Assembly (NCBI GenBank): GCA_003614675.1
Contig: ML002211.1
Span: 1 to 64,000, forward strand
Reading direction: 5' to 3'
Length of the DNA: 64,000 nt
From: Dimargaris cristalligena
Lineage: Eukaryota
The notes beneath the pieces are model-generated. The model did no database searches and was not told the origin of the DNA. It saw nothing but the letters and a program-made list of their open reading frames with translations. This document shows positions 1-11,298 of the stretch, in pieces. Numbering within the stretch: position 1 is the stretch's first letter; each line of letters begins with the position of its first letter. A program made the translations under genes and the position numbers.

Positions 1-2
1 GC

Positions 3-2522
3 TTCATTAAACACCACAATGGACCACTCAAGAACGGGGTGCCCTACTCTGGCTGGATGGATACAAAGACCAACGAGCCAGTCAAGGACCTGGATGTCAA
101 GTCCAAGTACGAGAAGCAGATCTTGGAACACTCCGGTATCCGTTTGATCGAACCCGAACTCTTCGATGGCTACCAGCCCCGTAAGAAGCTCGTCTTACGC
201 GAGGTGCTCCTTGAGCACGATCTGGAGCCCTTCGAAGCCAGCGCCGAGGAGGCCCAGCAGTTCCGGTCCCAGAACGGTGAGTTCGTTGATGTCTACGAGA
301 ACGCCGAGTCGGACCAGTCCTGGGTCAAGTTCCGCAAGGGAGCCACCCTCATGGTGCCCAAGGCCCTCCGCTTCGATCGCCTGGTGGCCGGCCAAGTGCC
401 CACCGGTTGGGACGCCGCCCGCTATGGTGTACCCAAGGATATCATCGAGCAGGTCGATCACATTACTCTCTATGTACTGGTCTCGACCGTGGAAGCCCTG
501 GTCTCCTCTGGTATTACCGATCCCTACGAGTTCTACAAATATGTGCACGTTAGTGAGGTGGGCAACTGCGCCGGATCCGGTATTGGTGGCATGCGCAGTC
601 TGACCAAGATGTACCGCGACCGCCTTCTCGACAAGCCAGTGCAGAACGACATTCTCCAGGAGACCTTCATCAACACTATGGCTGCCTGGGTGAATCTGCT
701 TCTGCTTTCCTCATCCGGACCAGTGAAGACCCCTGTGGGTGCCTGTGCCACCGCTGTAGAGTCCGTCGAAATCGGTGTGGAAACTATCCAGACCGGCCGG
801 GCCAAGATTGTGCTGGTGGGTGGCTACGACGACTTCCAGGAGGAAGGTTCTTACGAGTTCGGTAACATGAAGGCGACGAGCAATACCGATGAAGAATTTA
901 AGCGCGGCCGCACCCCGCGTGAGATGTCTCGCCCTGCGACCACCACCCGCTCTGGGTTCATGGAATCCTATGGTGCCGGTATGGAGGTACTCATGTCGGC
1001 CCGCGTGGCTATCGAGATGGGTGTGCCCATTTATGGTATCATTGCTCTGACCAACACCGCTACTGACAAGGAGGGTCGCTCTGTGCCCGCCCCTGGCCAG
1101 GGTATCCTGACCACGGCCCGCGAGGTACCTGGCAAGCTGCCATCGCCGCTCCTCGACATGAAGTACCGCAAGCGTCAACTGGACCTGCGCCGTCGCCAGA
1201 TCAAGCAGTGGGTTGAAAGCGAATATGCCTTCCTCCGTGAAGAGCTAGAGACCCATCGCAATGCCGGCGAACTCACGGTGAGTGAGGAGGAATTCTTGAC
1301 TGAACGTACTCGCCATATCGATTCCGAGGCCCAGCGCCAGGAGAAGGAGGCTCTCAATCTGTGGGGCAATTTCTTCTACCGACAGAACCCCGAGATCGCC
1401 CCCCTCCGTGGTGCCCTGGCCAGCTTTGGCCTGACCATTGATGACATTGGCGTGGCCTCATTCCATGGTACTAGTACCAAGGCCAACGACAAGAACGAGT
1501 CCGAGGTGTTGAACAAACAGTTTGCTCATCTAGGCCGTACGGTGGGTAACGCCTGTCCCAGTATTTTCCAGAAATACCTCACTGGTCACCCCAAGGCCGC
1601 CGCTGCCGCCTGGATGCTTAACGGAATGTTGCAAGTCCTGCAAACCGGCATCATCCCCGGTAACCGCAACGCCGATAACATCGACGCATTACTTGAAAAG
1701 TACGACCACGTACTCTACCCAAGTCGTAGTATCCACACCGACGGAATCAAGGCCGGTCTACTCAAATCGTTTGGCTTCGGCCAGGTAGGCGGTGAGGTTC
1801 TTGTGATTCACCCTGACTACCTCTTCGGTGCCCTAGACCAGGCCAGTTACAATGCCTACTGTACCAAGAACCGGGAGCGTGAGGCTGTGGCCTACCGCTA
1901 CTGGCATGACTCGATGGCGGGTGTTGCCCCCTTCTTCCGCGCCAAGAACGCCGCTCCTTACTCCGATGCCCAGGAGAGCCAGGTCTACCTCAACCCGCTG
2001 GCCCGCGCCGACTTCGATTCGGCTCAGGGTACTTACACGTTCAACGACTTGTCAACAACTCTCGCGCAGCCTGACCCCACCATGACTCAGCAGATTCTGC
2101 TTAATATGGCTCAGGGAGAAGGCGGGGAACAGGCCCGTGGTGTCGGAGTGGATGTGGAACTGGTCTCGGCCATTAATGTCGACAACGACACCTTCCTGGA
2201 GCGTAACTTCACCAAACGGGAGCTCGCATACTGCCAAGGCCGCCCTGACCCCCAGGCCAGCCTCGCAGGCCGTTGGTCCGCCAAGGAGTCAGTGATCAAG
2301 GCCGTCTCCTCGTATGCCACCGCTGCTGCCCCGGTCTGGACTCAAGGTGCTGCCGCTCCTTTGAAGGAAATTGAAATTACGATGGCCCCCTCAGGGGCCC
2401 CTGAAGTGACTCTCCATGGAGCCGCCAAAGTAGCCGCTGAACAAGCTGGTGTGCGTAACATCAAGGTTTCCATTAGCCATTCCGGCCATTATGCCGTGGC
2501 ACTGGCCATCGCGTCCGAATAA
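3..2522 (+). CDS. FAS2: Fungal type I fatty acid synthase, C-terminal part (ketoacyl synthase + phosphopantetheinyl transferase); 5'-truncated by window edge
   Basis: Frame is open from base 3 ([18 protein letters not shown]...). KS active-site motif [14 protein letters not shown] and TGHPK motifs; C-terminal PPT domain GVGVDVE...[13 protein letters not shown]; stop TAA at 2520-2522. Confidence 0.97.
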   Translation, partial: FIKHHNGPLKNGVPYSGWMDTKTNEPVKDLDVKSKYEKQILEHSGIRLIEPELFDGYQPRKKLVLREVLLEHDLEPFEASAEEAQQFRSQNGEFVDVYENAESDQSWVKFRKGATLMVPKALRFDRLVAGQVPTGWDAARYGVPKDIIEQVDHITLYVLVSTVEALVSSGITDPYEFYKYVHVSEVGNCAGSGIGGMRSLTKMYRDRLLDKPVQNDILQETFINTMAAWVNLLLLSSSGPVKTPVGACATAVESVEIGVETIQTGRAKIVLVGGYDDFQEEGSYEFGNMKATSNTDEEFKRGRTPREMSRPATTTRSGFMESYGAGMEVLMSARVAIEMGVPIYGIIALTNTATDKEGRSVPAPGQGILTTAREVPGKLPSPLLDMKYRKRQLDLRRRQIKQWVESEYAFLREELETHRNAGELTVSEEEFLTERTRHIDSEAQRQEKEALNLWGNFFYRQNPEIAPLRGALASFGLTIDDIGVASFHGTSTKANDKNESEVLNKQFAHLGRTVGNACPSIFQKYLTGHPKAAAAAWMLNGMLQVLQTGIIPGNRNADNIDALLEKYDHVLYPSRSIHTDGIKAGLLKSFGFGQVGGEVLVIHPDYLFGALDQASYNAYCTKNREREAVAYRYWHDSMAGVAPFFRAKNAAPYSDAQESQVYLNPLARADFDSAQGTYTFNDLSTTLAQPDPTMTQQILLNMAQGEGGEQARGVGVDVELVSAINVDNDTFLERNFTKRELAYCQGRPDPQASLAGRWSAKESVIKAVSSYATAAAPVWTQGAAAPLKEIEITMAPSGAPEVTLHGAAKVAAEQAGVRNIKVSISHSGHYAVALAIASE

Positions 2523-3025
2523 GCCAATTATTTTTAATATGTCTTTCTTTATAGTTCAACTTTTTAAGTAGTTGGGTGAATCGGCTATTGTAGCCGCCAC
2601 CTGCCCTTGACTTTATGAGGAAACATCCTTTAACCATATCAATTTAGTATTATTATATCTCATATATCCTCAAATTTTTCGAATTCAATTCTATTATTTG
2701 AATCTCATACTCTTAGTTTTCAGCTAAATATCATCTTCTGGCTTATCCATCATTACTACTATTGATTTAATAAATTACTATATAAAATACTGTTTTGTTC
2801 TCAAACCACCCATTAGGTTCTTCATTGAAAGCGACCAGCATCTTTTACGATCTACATCGACTACCTGGGCTACTTAAGCGACAGTTTAGGTATGGGTAAC
2901 AGCCACATGATTACAGCGGTGTTTATTAGGCAAATCGCAATTGTATATGTATTACAGAATAGAAGGGCGCGCTTTGAAGAGGCGTGGGATTCGGATATGA
3001 ATGAGACTAGTGATTATTTGATTAC

Positions 3026-4136
3026 TCATTCCAATTTATCCAGGTGGTCCAATCGTGTCATAACCACGGCCTTGCTCGTTTCCTGGATCTCGCCGGCTAA
3101 AAAGACTTCATCCAATATTGCGTAAACCTAAGGAGAATCGGGGATGGGAGGGTGGTCGTGTTGCCATTTCGTTAGTGAATTGGGCCAATGGGATATAGTA
3201 GTAAGTAGAGGAGCTCGTCCCACACCGTAAGGACAACCTGTAAAGACGCCGACGACTATACCTACGGATCCTTAAGTAGCCTTGTAAATGGCCAGTGTTT
3301 TAAGCTCTCTGCCACTTACCTTGTAGAAATTGAACACCAAGTCAAGCTCGCACACATTGCCGAAAAAGGCATCGAGAACCTCCACGAAGAAATGGATGGC
3401 TTCCAAATAGGACAATTCATTGTCGTTTGCATCTACGCAAAAGCAGAAGAATAAACCAGCATAGCGCCGATATACGATTTTGTGGTTTTGGAACTAGAAA
3501 AGAGAAAGTTATCGAAGCAGTGCAATCCATAACATTAAAGTGGCGGCTATATAGTGAAGTCAGTTTACGTTCACGTTGGGTTATAAGAAAAATGCGGGAT
3601 GGATTACGGACCCAACTAACCGATCCTCACTCATTAGCGGTTTGTTAAGGCGGGGCAGGAAAGGGGGGGAGGAGATGGGTGGGCCGATTACTAAACTTAC
3701 CTCGACGAAATTGGACTGGTGTTTCTGGTCACGGGTGGCCACTAACCGGTGAACCTCGCCCTTGAGGCGCTGTTTTTCATCGTCCTCGTACGGCACGTAC
3801 CACTTGGCCAAGCGGGTTTTGCCCTGTCGGTTTTGAACTAAAATAAATCGTATCTAGGAGGGACACACAATAGCACCCGAGGGCCGCATTCGATTAATCG
3901 TGCAATTGGCAATGTCATAAATTAATTTGGTCTAGAGTGGGGTTGGCTTGGGCGGATAAGGCCCCACGAGCTCGAGAGGAACCCCCGGCGTTACATTGAG
4001 GTAGTCGATGACCGACCGACGTTCTAGGATGAGGGAAATGGACTTCAAGTTTACGTCTGCCCTTTGCTCATTCAACTCAAGAAGTACGGAGCTTCGACCC
4101 ATGGGGCTTGGAATAGAGTAGTGAGATGCCTACCAT
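3026..4136 (-). CDS. APS2: AP-2 adaptor complex sigma subunit, 143 aa; exons 4136-4134 (ATG only), 3853-3701, 3493-3320, 3127-3026
   Basis: Manually spliced at GT-AG sites: [143 protein letters not shown]. Classic clathrin adaptor small-chain sequence; the ATG micro-exon is the least certain part. Confidence 0.93.
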
Positions 4137-5454
4137 TGCGAGCAGAGGTCCATGCACGAACTATATAATGAAGGAAGAGAATATATAATAACCGATGAGC
4201 AAGTAACTCATGTTGGACCAGTTCCCAACCCTTCTCTTCACGGGAAAGATGAGCCCAATCGTCAGTAGAGCACTCCTGACCTATTCCGCTTCAGGATGGG
4301 GCCTATTTCCGGATGACCCAAACCAATCGCCCCCATACTCCCTCCAGTCTTGACCAACCAGCCTCCAATGTGCTGGACTAGGCCAACCAGCCCCCCCCCC
4401 TCCTATCACTTGGCACAGCAAGAGCTATTTGAGGGAAAGAGTGGCTTATTTAACTACGACTACTGCCTGGTGATATATCAGTTACCCTTTACCACTTAGT
4501 TGCTACTATCAACTATCCGGCTATACTATATACGGCCTGGCCAATTTCAACCTAATTTCCAATATGCATCTACTATTGGAGTACGCTGTTGGGCAATACC
4601 AGCCCGGCTATTTTACGAACGGTTAGCATGGCCGATAAACTCACGCGTTTACCTATTTTAGTATCCCTGAGCCCCTACAACTGCAGGGACATACATACTT
4701 TCCTGGAGCATCACGTACAATTGAGCTCGCCGCCTTTATTAAACTGAAGAAACAGTTGTCGTATTTGAATCACCCTACTCGAATACACGGCGCTGGCCGA
4801 TTCACCAAGTGGCTGGCTCCGCTGCGAAGCACAGGGGTGTGCTACTTTCGTAGGAGGGCGGGGGGTCCGCCCCATAGTTACACTATGGTTATACGGGTTG
4901 AAATCCTAGGGCTTTCGCCCATGGGCAGGCATTTTGGGGATACCAATATCAAAAAGAGGGACGAAAGGGTGAGGGGGTACATCATGCAGCGCTTGGATAA
5001 TAATCACGGGAGGCGGCACATGTAGAACCCCTTAGCTATCGCCACAACCGTTGGTCTTTTTTTTTTGGGGGGGGGAGGGTTTGGTTTTGTTTAGAAATAC
5101 GGACGGTGGTACGGTCAAAGTGTGTCCACCCCAGTGAAGCCGCGAAAAGGGGCCGAATTAAGGTAGACGGCTGCATATCAATGGAAAGAGATAAAGGAAA
5201 GCGAGAGGGGGTGGGAGGTTAAATACAGCCCATTTCGGCGCTCAGCCCTGGTCCACAGACCCTTGTAATTTTATAGCTTTTATACTTTCGCATTTACTAA
5301 TACCACCCAGCATAATTAAACCCTTTTAATAATTTTCGGATCAGCTATTGCTACTGCTTTGGTATACTAGACCATTCGACTGAAAGCCTCCGATAAAGCG
5401 TGTCCCATTTTTTGAATTTGTCCTCCCATCCATAAAGCTCGTAGCACCGTCAAT

Positions 5455-5973
5455 ATGGCTAAATGGACCATTACCTTCTTTCTGGGTCTCTTCCAACTAC
5501 GCTCAACCATTATTTTTATTACGTCCTTCGGCCTCATATTTCATATAATGATGTTTTTTTCGGCCTGTTTTGTGAGGAGATACTTGGATATTGCAGTGAA
5601 CCTCCTGGCATCTATCTTCTACGGCTATTGCAACTACGGCGCCATTGGTCGACGCTCTAAACCACTCCGAATCTTTCTAGCATATCTAATACTCGACGAA
5701 ATCCGGTTTATAATCGCCGCGTCCGTTCATAATTTCTTGGATGGTCCGATGCGAAGTAACTATAGACAATGTAAACACAGCCCCCTTTTTTATCTTGTAT
5801 TGATGGTGCCATATTTCAGGGATGGCTTTGCCCAGTACTGTACGGGTCTATACTGGGCAGCTCTGGCCCTAAGCGTCGTCTTTACCGCCACTCTGTTTAT
5901 AACCGTCCGGTCCCTTGATCACGAGTTCCGGGAAAGCCAAAAAGCCCCGCCACCTTATATGGCCGCTGTATAA
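5455..5973 (+). CDS. Four-TM membrane protein (172 aa) with C-terminal PPPY motif; paralog of 51719-52360
   Basis: ATG-started intronless ORF, four hydrophobic stretches, ends KAPPPYMAAV; aligns by eye with the 52-kb ORF. Confidence 0.75.
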   Translation: MAKWTITFFLGLFQLRSTIIFITSFGLIFHIMMFFSACFVRRYLDIAVNLLASIFYGYCNYGAIGRRSKPLRIFLAYLILDEIRFIIAASVHNFLDGPMRSNYRQCKHSPLFYLVLMVPYFRDGFAQYCTGLYWAALALSVVFTATLFITVRSLDHEFRESQKAPPPYMAAV

Positions 5974-6281
5974 AGGCCTCCCAATGAAGAGCTATAGAAA
6001 CCATACTTACTGTTTAATAATAAATTGACTATTTTTATTCGGTACTCTCTTATGATACTATAGTGATTCTAAAAATAAATGGATGATGTATATATATATA
6101 TACATATAACTAATATTGTTGGCTTATGGGGGATGCAAATCTATAATGAGGCATATTTACTCTGTACAATTGGGGACAAAATGATTTACAAACTTGAGGC
6201 ATAAGATGTACTGGCCGTGAAAGAGAAGTGGGTTTACTTGGGTGAGGGGGAACAATGGGCCCCTCACTATCGTACCTGATC

Positions 6282-7172
6282 TTAATATGGACACAGGGAG
6301 CTGCGCTTAAACCCGAGACTAGATTGAAACTGCAAAGGGACTCGTCGAATATTGTAAACCGCGTGCAGTCTTTGGGGGGAAGGCGCGTACAAGGCTGGCA
6401 CGGTATGCATCGGAGGGGCCTTGGAAGGGTGGATGGGGCGACCCATTCTGGCTGGGTCGGCCCGGCCATTGGCTACCAAATAATGGCGATGACGATGACT
6501 CGGGTTATGGTTATGGTGCAAGCTGTGCGTGTTCAGGGGCTTTAGAAACCACGGGACGGAATGAACCGACGAAAAGGGATACACATCGCAAGACCAGGAA
6601 GTGGGTCGGCCAATCCGGCCACTCTTAACAGCCACCATCGGCCTTGGAATATCGAAGGCGGCCATCCGGGAAAGCGCCGGGCTGGATGGGGAATGGGCGG
6701 AACGATGATAAGCGGCCGGGGCCGACCGTTCCCGGTGGGGCTGGATTCGGATGACCAGCGTGTCGGAGAAGACCAACTCCTTGGCCAGAATAGCTTCCAT
6801 GCAGTGCCGGAGTTCGAAGATTTTACGGTGGGGTTTATGGGGGGCGGTAGGATTATTCGCTAATTCCCGGTTGGCCGTGGCGTTGGCCGCTCGAATCCGG
6901 TCGTACCGCTTCCGCAAATCGCGCCACTGCTGCTTCACTTGCGGGAGGGTCCATTTTCCGTCCACGGGTTCCTCGGGATCGGGCAGGCGCTGACATACCT
7001 CCCGCCAGGCGTTGCCGCGCCTGGTTTTGTGGGGCATAATTTCCAGGACCAACTTCAGAAGCTGGTCCTTTTCCCGGGTGGTCCAGTTGCGGCTTCGCGT
7101 GGAATGGCCGCTGATCGTGGGGCTAATGGATGCCTTGGGGTCGACGTTGGTCAACATGATAGACTGAGACAT
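6282..7172 (-). CDS. Myb/SANT-like (trihelix-type) DNA-binding protein, ~296 aa
   Basis: Spaced Trp motif NWTTREKDQLLKLV...AWREVCQRL...WTLPQVKQQWRDLRKRY followed by low-complexity Pro/Ser/His tail; first in-frame ATG at 7172. Confidence 0.75.
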   Translation of the reverse strand: MSQSIMLTNVDPKASISPTISGHSTRSRNWTTREKDQLLKLVLEIMPHKTRRGNAWREVCQRLPDPEEPVDGKWTLPQVKQQWRDLRKRYDRIRAANATANRELANNPTAPHKPHRKIFELRHCMEAILAKELVFSDTLVIRIQPHRERSAPAAYHRSAHSPSSPALSRMAAFDIPRPMVAVKSGRIGRPTSWSCDVYPFSSVHSVPWFLKPLNTHSLHHNHNPSHRHRHYLVANGRADPARMGRPIHPSKAPPMHTVPALYAPSPQRLHAVYNIRRVPLQFQSSLGFKRSSLCPY

Positions 7173-9617
7173 GATGGGACACAGTAGTGTGCCAAATGCG
7201 ACTTCTAGTTGGGCGAGCAACCGGTTAACTGTGATTTTGTAATAATATAAATGTAGGAATACCGAGTGGTTGGTAGAATAAAATTTCGAATGGGTACCAA
7301 CAAAAAGTGTTGGTTGTTGTTATAGATTTTTAGAAAAAAAAAAGAAGTGTTTTAAGTGGCGCTGAAGTCGCACTTGGCGATGTCTGATCTGGAAGGGTAT
7401 TGAGAAATCTAAGAAAAGGCTACCAAGAGTGCAATTAAAAGTAAGGGAGTGGGCAAAGGGCTCAAGGTAATGAATAATCTGTAAACTGGACGATAGCCGC
7501 TATTTATAATGTTCGGTGGGGTGACCTACTGGTATTATCAAATTTGACGAGGATGCCACCCAGGTTTTTCAGTTAAACATGCACCGTATTAGTGTAGAAT
7601 GGATAGAGGCAAACTCAGCCTAAATTTAGTAAGAACCGGTGAAAGGCTGGGCGATACCGCCAGCCATGGGCACCACCCTCTCCCCATCACCCGATAAGCA
7701 CAGGTTATACAAAATGATGTTCCGCTTTGGAAAGCTTCCATTGCAAGGGACGGCTCTGAACAGGCCGATACCACCAGTGCTCCCTCTCTCTCTCTCTCTC
7801 TCTAAAGCTGTAACCCCCGCATGAATATCCGACCATCTCTATTAGTCGCGCCACTCCTTGGCCATCCCCTTCATTGACAACCGCTTGGACCATCTCCTGA
7901 ATTGAATCTGCATAATGATGATGATGATGCACGGCTCATTGAGGTGTGAATAGAAATAACTAGGACTAAGGTTCAATCGACCTCCGCGCTTCAATCGCGT
8001 GCTGTAAATGAATCTAGTTATAATCAATTGATGACCTTCAATTCAAATTCGGACGGATGAACTGTTATTCTCACCTTGTGTTTTTGGCTGTTACGGAACG
8101 GGGTGGGCCGTACGATTATTTCATCGTTAACGGGGGTGAGTGAACATGTTGACAATGCACAGTCAAGTATCGGCTAGTGAAAAAAAAAATCAGCCACGTC
8201 CTATCGAAGCCACTTAGTTCTGGCTGTGTAATCGGGTATGGCGGCCTTAATGTAATATGGCTCTATTGGAATACCTGGTGTAGAGCCATGCCGGCATCTG
8301 GGCAGCTCTCTACCCGAGTCTACCCTATATTTCAGTTGTTTTGGTATCTGTTGATATCCGACCGTAGTATTAAAATGGTCGGCAGACATCTACATTTCCA
8401 AGGACCTGTAATGGTCACTAGGGTTCGGCAATCTAATAGGACCCGGGAACTACTGCTGACTGGGGTAGAAATGGGATGCGCCCACTATTTTATTTTTTAA
8501 AAAAAAAACACATTTGGTGATGGGTAGAGGCAGCAGCGGTAGACCACCACGTCCACTATTCAGAATAGTAAACTCTAGATAGATTGGCACGGTCAATCAA
8601 ATACGGGGAATCGGTCGGAAGCCTCCGGCTTTGTTCAGGTCTAATGAAGCAAGCCAGGACGGTCCAGGGCGGTTTTGTGGGGGGAAATGAGCGAGGGATG
8701 GGGTAGGGGATGGATGAAGATGGGTGGGGCCGTGAATCACTAACGTATTAAGACCGTATTTCTGGGCCAATCTTGCGCAAAACCTAGTCATGCCCTGAAA
8801 ATAATAATGCCTTTTGTAGGTTGGCTCAAATCAACGGATAATCCGGTGGCTAAAATGGGAGACAAGGGTGGGATTGGATGAGCTAATTAATTCGGATTGC
8901 CGGTTTTTCGTAACGCCTGGGCTTAAACTGACAAATGGCTATAATTAACCAGGAATTACATGAGGGTATGTCTAATGCGCTCTCCTCGTAGGGATTAAAC
9001 AGGTGCTTTAACATCCAAGAATCCAACACGCCCTTGTGGTGAGTATCGCTTAGCCGTAGCGTCTATCCACCGCTTAAAACATGGTATAGGACATATCCAG
9101 TGAACATGCCCATTAAATGTATATGATTGAAGGCCGAGTCCACGCAAGCCCAATCTCAATGTAAACCACAATGTTCCAACTGAAATATACTTTGGTTGGT
9201 CCAATATACGTGTTACTCGTATAACGGATGGCCCCGCATCCTATGCTCATAGTCGCGAATCCCCAACCCCGTGGAATAACATGGCGAGACATGGGTAACC
9301 CACTCTTTCCACCCAAAAATTGGCTTGCAAATGGGGATGGCCGCAGCTGGTAATGTACAGCCGTAGCGCCAGAAATTCAGCATTACCAGTTATGGTGGAT
9401 CCGCCCAGTCTATCACTGAAATTCCCATGTGACAACGTGACAATTATTCGCTAAGGCCAGGGATACCCAAATGGCCCAAGATCCGTCGTAAGATTTTGGG
9501 GCTCCGCCTTGTCGGGTACTATCGAAAGCCACCATTCCCCCCATCCGTATGGCATCCCCCCACCAACAACCATAGTCCCTTCTGCTTCTGTGCGTAGTAT
9601 AATGAGGAGCTAAAGAA

Positions 9618-9759
9618 TATGGGTGAAGTTCAGCTTGGTTGTATAGGGGTTTAACCGATATGTGTATGGGAAAATTGGTGGGATGTTTATTTTCAACCAA
9701 CAGTACTTGCCTCATCAAATGGATTTTTCGTTATACAGCCTTGTTGAACTACTCCCATA
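9618..9759 (+). mobile_element. MITE-like element, copy 1 (142 bp incl. terminal TA)
   Basis: Imperfect ~28-bp terminal inverted repeats TATGGGTGAAGTTCAGCTTGGTTGTATA / TATACAGCCTTGTTGAACTACTCCCATA; near-identical inverted copy at 54329-54470. Confidence 0.8.
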
Positions 9760-9790
9760 TGCTGCTCCTACTACTGATAACATTTGCAGT

Positions 9791-9940
9791 CAGGTGATCG
9801 CTATTCGCAGCAGCTGTATAAGATGTTTAATGAATGATACGGATATGGGAGAATGGGTGGGATTTTTATTTTCAACCAGTAGTTTTTACCACATCATACG
9901 GATTTTTAATTTATTACAGTCTGGTTGCACTTTTCCTGTA
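9791..9940 (+). mobile_element. Decayed tandem copy of the MITE-like element
   Basis: Internal segment TATGGGAGAATGGGTGGGATTTTTATTTTCAACCAGTAG...ACATCATACGGATTTTT matches the interior of copy 1; ends degenerate, boundaries approximate. Confidence 0.55.
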
Positions 9941-10608
9941 CCCTTTACAGAGCACGTGATACCTGAATCAGCTTTATTCGATTAACCTAGGAAACCACCA
10001 CCCATAATATATATTGCATGGCGGTGGTTGGCCAGAAACCACTTGCTAAAAATTTGGTGGGAGAAACCCCACAACACTATGCCTATTTTTTATCAATTAA
10101 AAAATTTTGATTGGGAAAAGACCATCGAATTTCCTACAGTCTTAGCATTTGCACCCAGTGGTCACCAACGCCCCTAGCTCCTATAAAGCAACCGGTGCCT
10201 TGGCCCTAACGGAACTTCATCCCATTCATCTTTGTTTTATTTCTATTCCTGTGATATTATCCGGTGCCACACAATGCTATAGTCAAGGTAGGTCTATGTT
10301 CGCTTTTACATTTTATTTGTGTGCCATTTTGACCTGATGATAAACCACAGACCTGAACTGATAGACACTCACCTGCGGGTAGGGCAGTCGGTGCGGATAA
10401 CCTATTACATCTTTTCTGACACGTCAACTGTATATAAGATGGTGGACCATGGCTCATACAGAAACTGGGTGACTAACCTCCATTCTGATGTTTGTTTTTA
10501 ACATGTACCTCTTTAGATTCGACTTTGTTGGCCGCTTGATTGTTATGACCTGTCCTGTAGTTGTACTTCAATAAATTTCAATTTCATAAATTTCGGAGAT
10601 TAATTGTC

Positions 10609-10750
10609 TATGGGTGAAATTCAAGCCAGCTATATAAAGTTTTACATAATTTGAGCATGGAAGACTATGCGGGAGTAACCATTTTAACCAGTAATGTTGG
10701 CCCCATCTAATAGATTCTTCGTTATACAGCCTGGATGAACTTCTCCCATA
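10609..10750 (+). mobile_element. MITE-like element, copy 3 (142 bp)
   Basis: Starts TATGGGTGAAATTCAAG, ends TTCGTTATACAGCCTGGATGAACTTCTCCCATA; same length and colinear with other copies. Confidence 0.75.
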
Positions 10751-11298
10751 TCATGGATTTGCTATTTATCCCAGCTGTGGGTGAGTATTTATAGTGTGCA
10801 ATATGTGGTTCCGTGGGTTTTTCATTGGTTACCCATTTGGGGAAGGGGAGGGCTTGCGTCCGACATCCTGCCTCTTCGGAAAAATATTTTTGTGCGGAGC
10901 CATGGTACGCCCAGAAGTAACAATTTCAGTCCTAGTTATCAGGACACTGTGTTGGCAATATGTGGAATATTCGTCAAACATGATCAAAATAAGAGATCCC
11001 CCTGGATAGCACATTGATGGTGCTGGGAATTAAAGTTCTATCTGGTAGAATATATCAGATGGGTGCGATTTTCCGTTTTACTGGCTAGTCTGGGCATCTC
11101 CTATACCTTATACAAATGTGGTTAGTTATTTACTGGCCCTGCGTTGCCATGATGCCAGCTGGATTATTAGCAAAGTGTACCAATTTATTAAGCTAAGCGT
11201 ACTCAACAATACTGGAGGATCGCCTTTCAATTATCTATTATAATAATAATCGCTTATTTTCCAACAGCTAGAGCAGGTTTAATTGTCATGCATAAAAA

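Noticed and set aside
9618-10750. Clustered repeats considered as a CRISPR-like array
   Set aside because: Eukaryotic context, 142-bp units, irregular spacing, dispersed and inverted copies; fits a TIR element instead.
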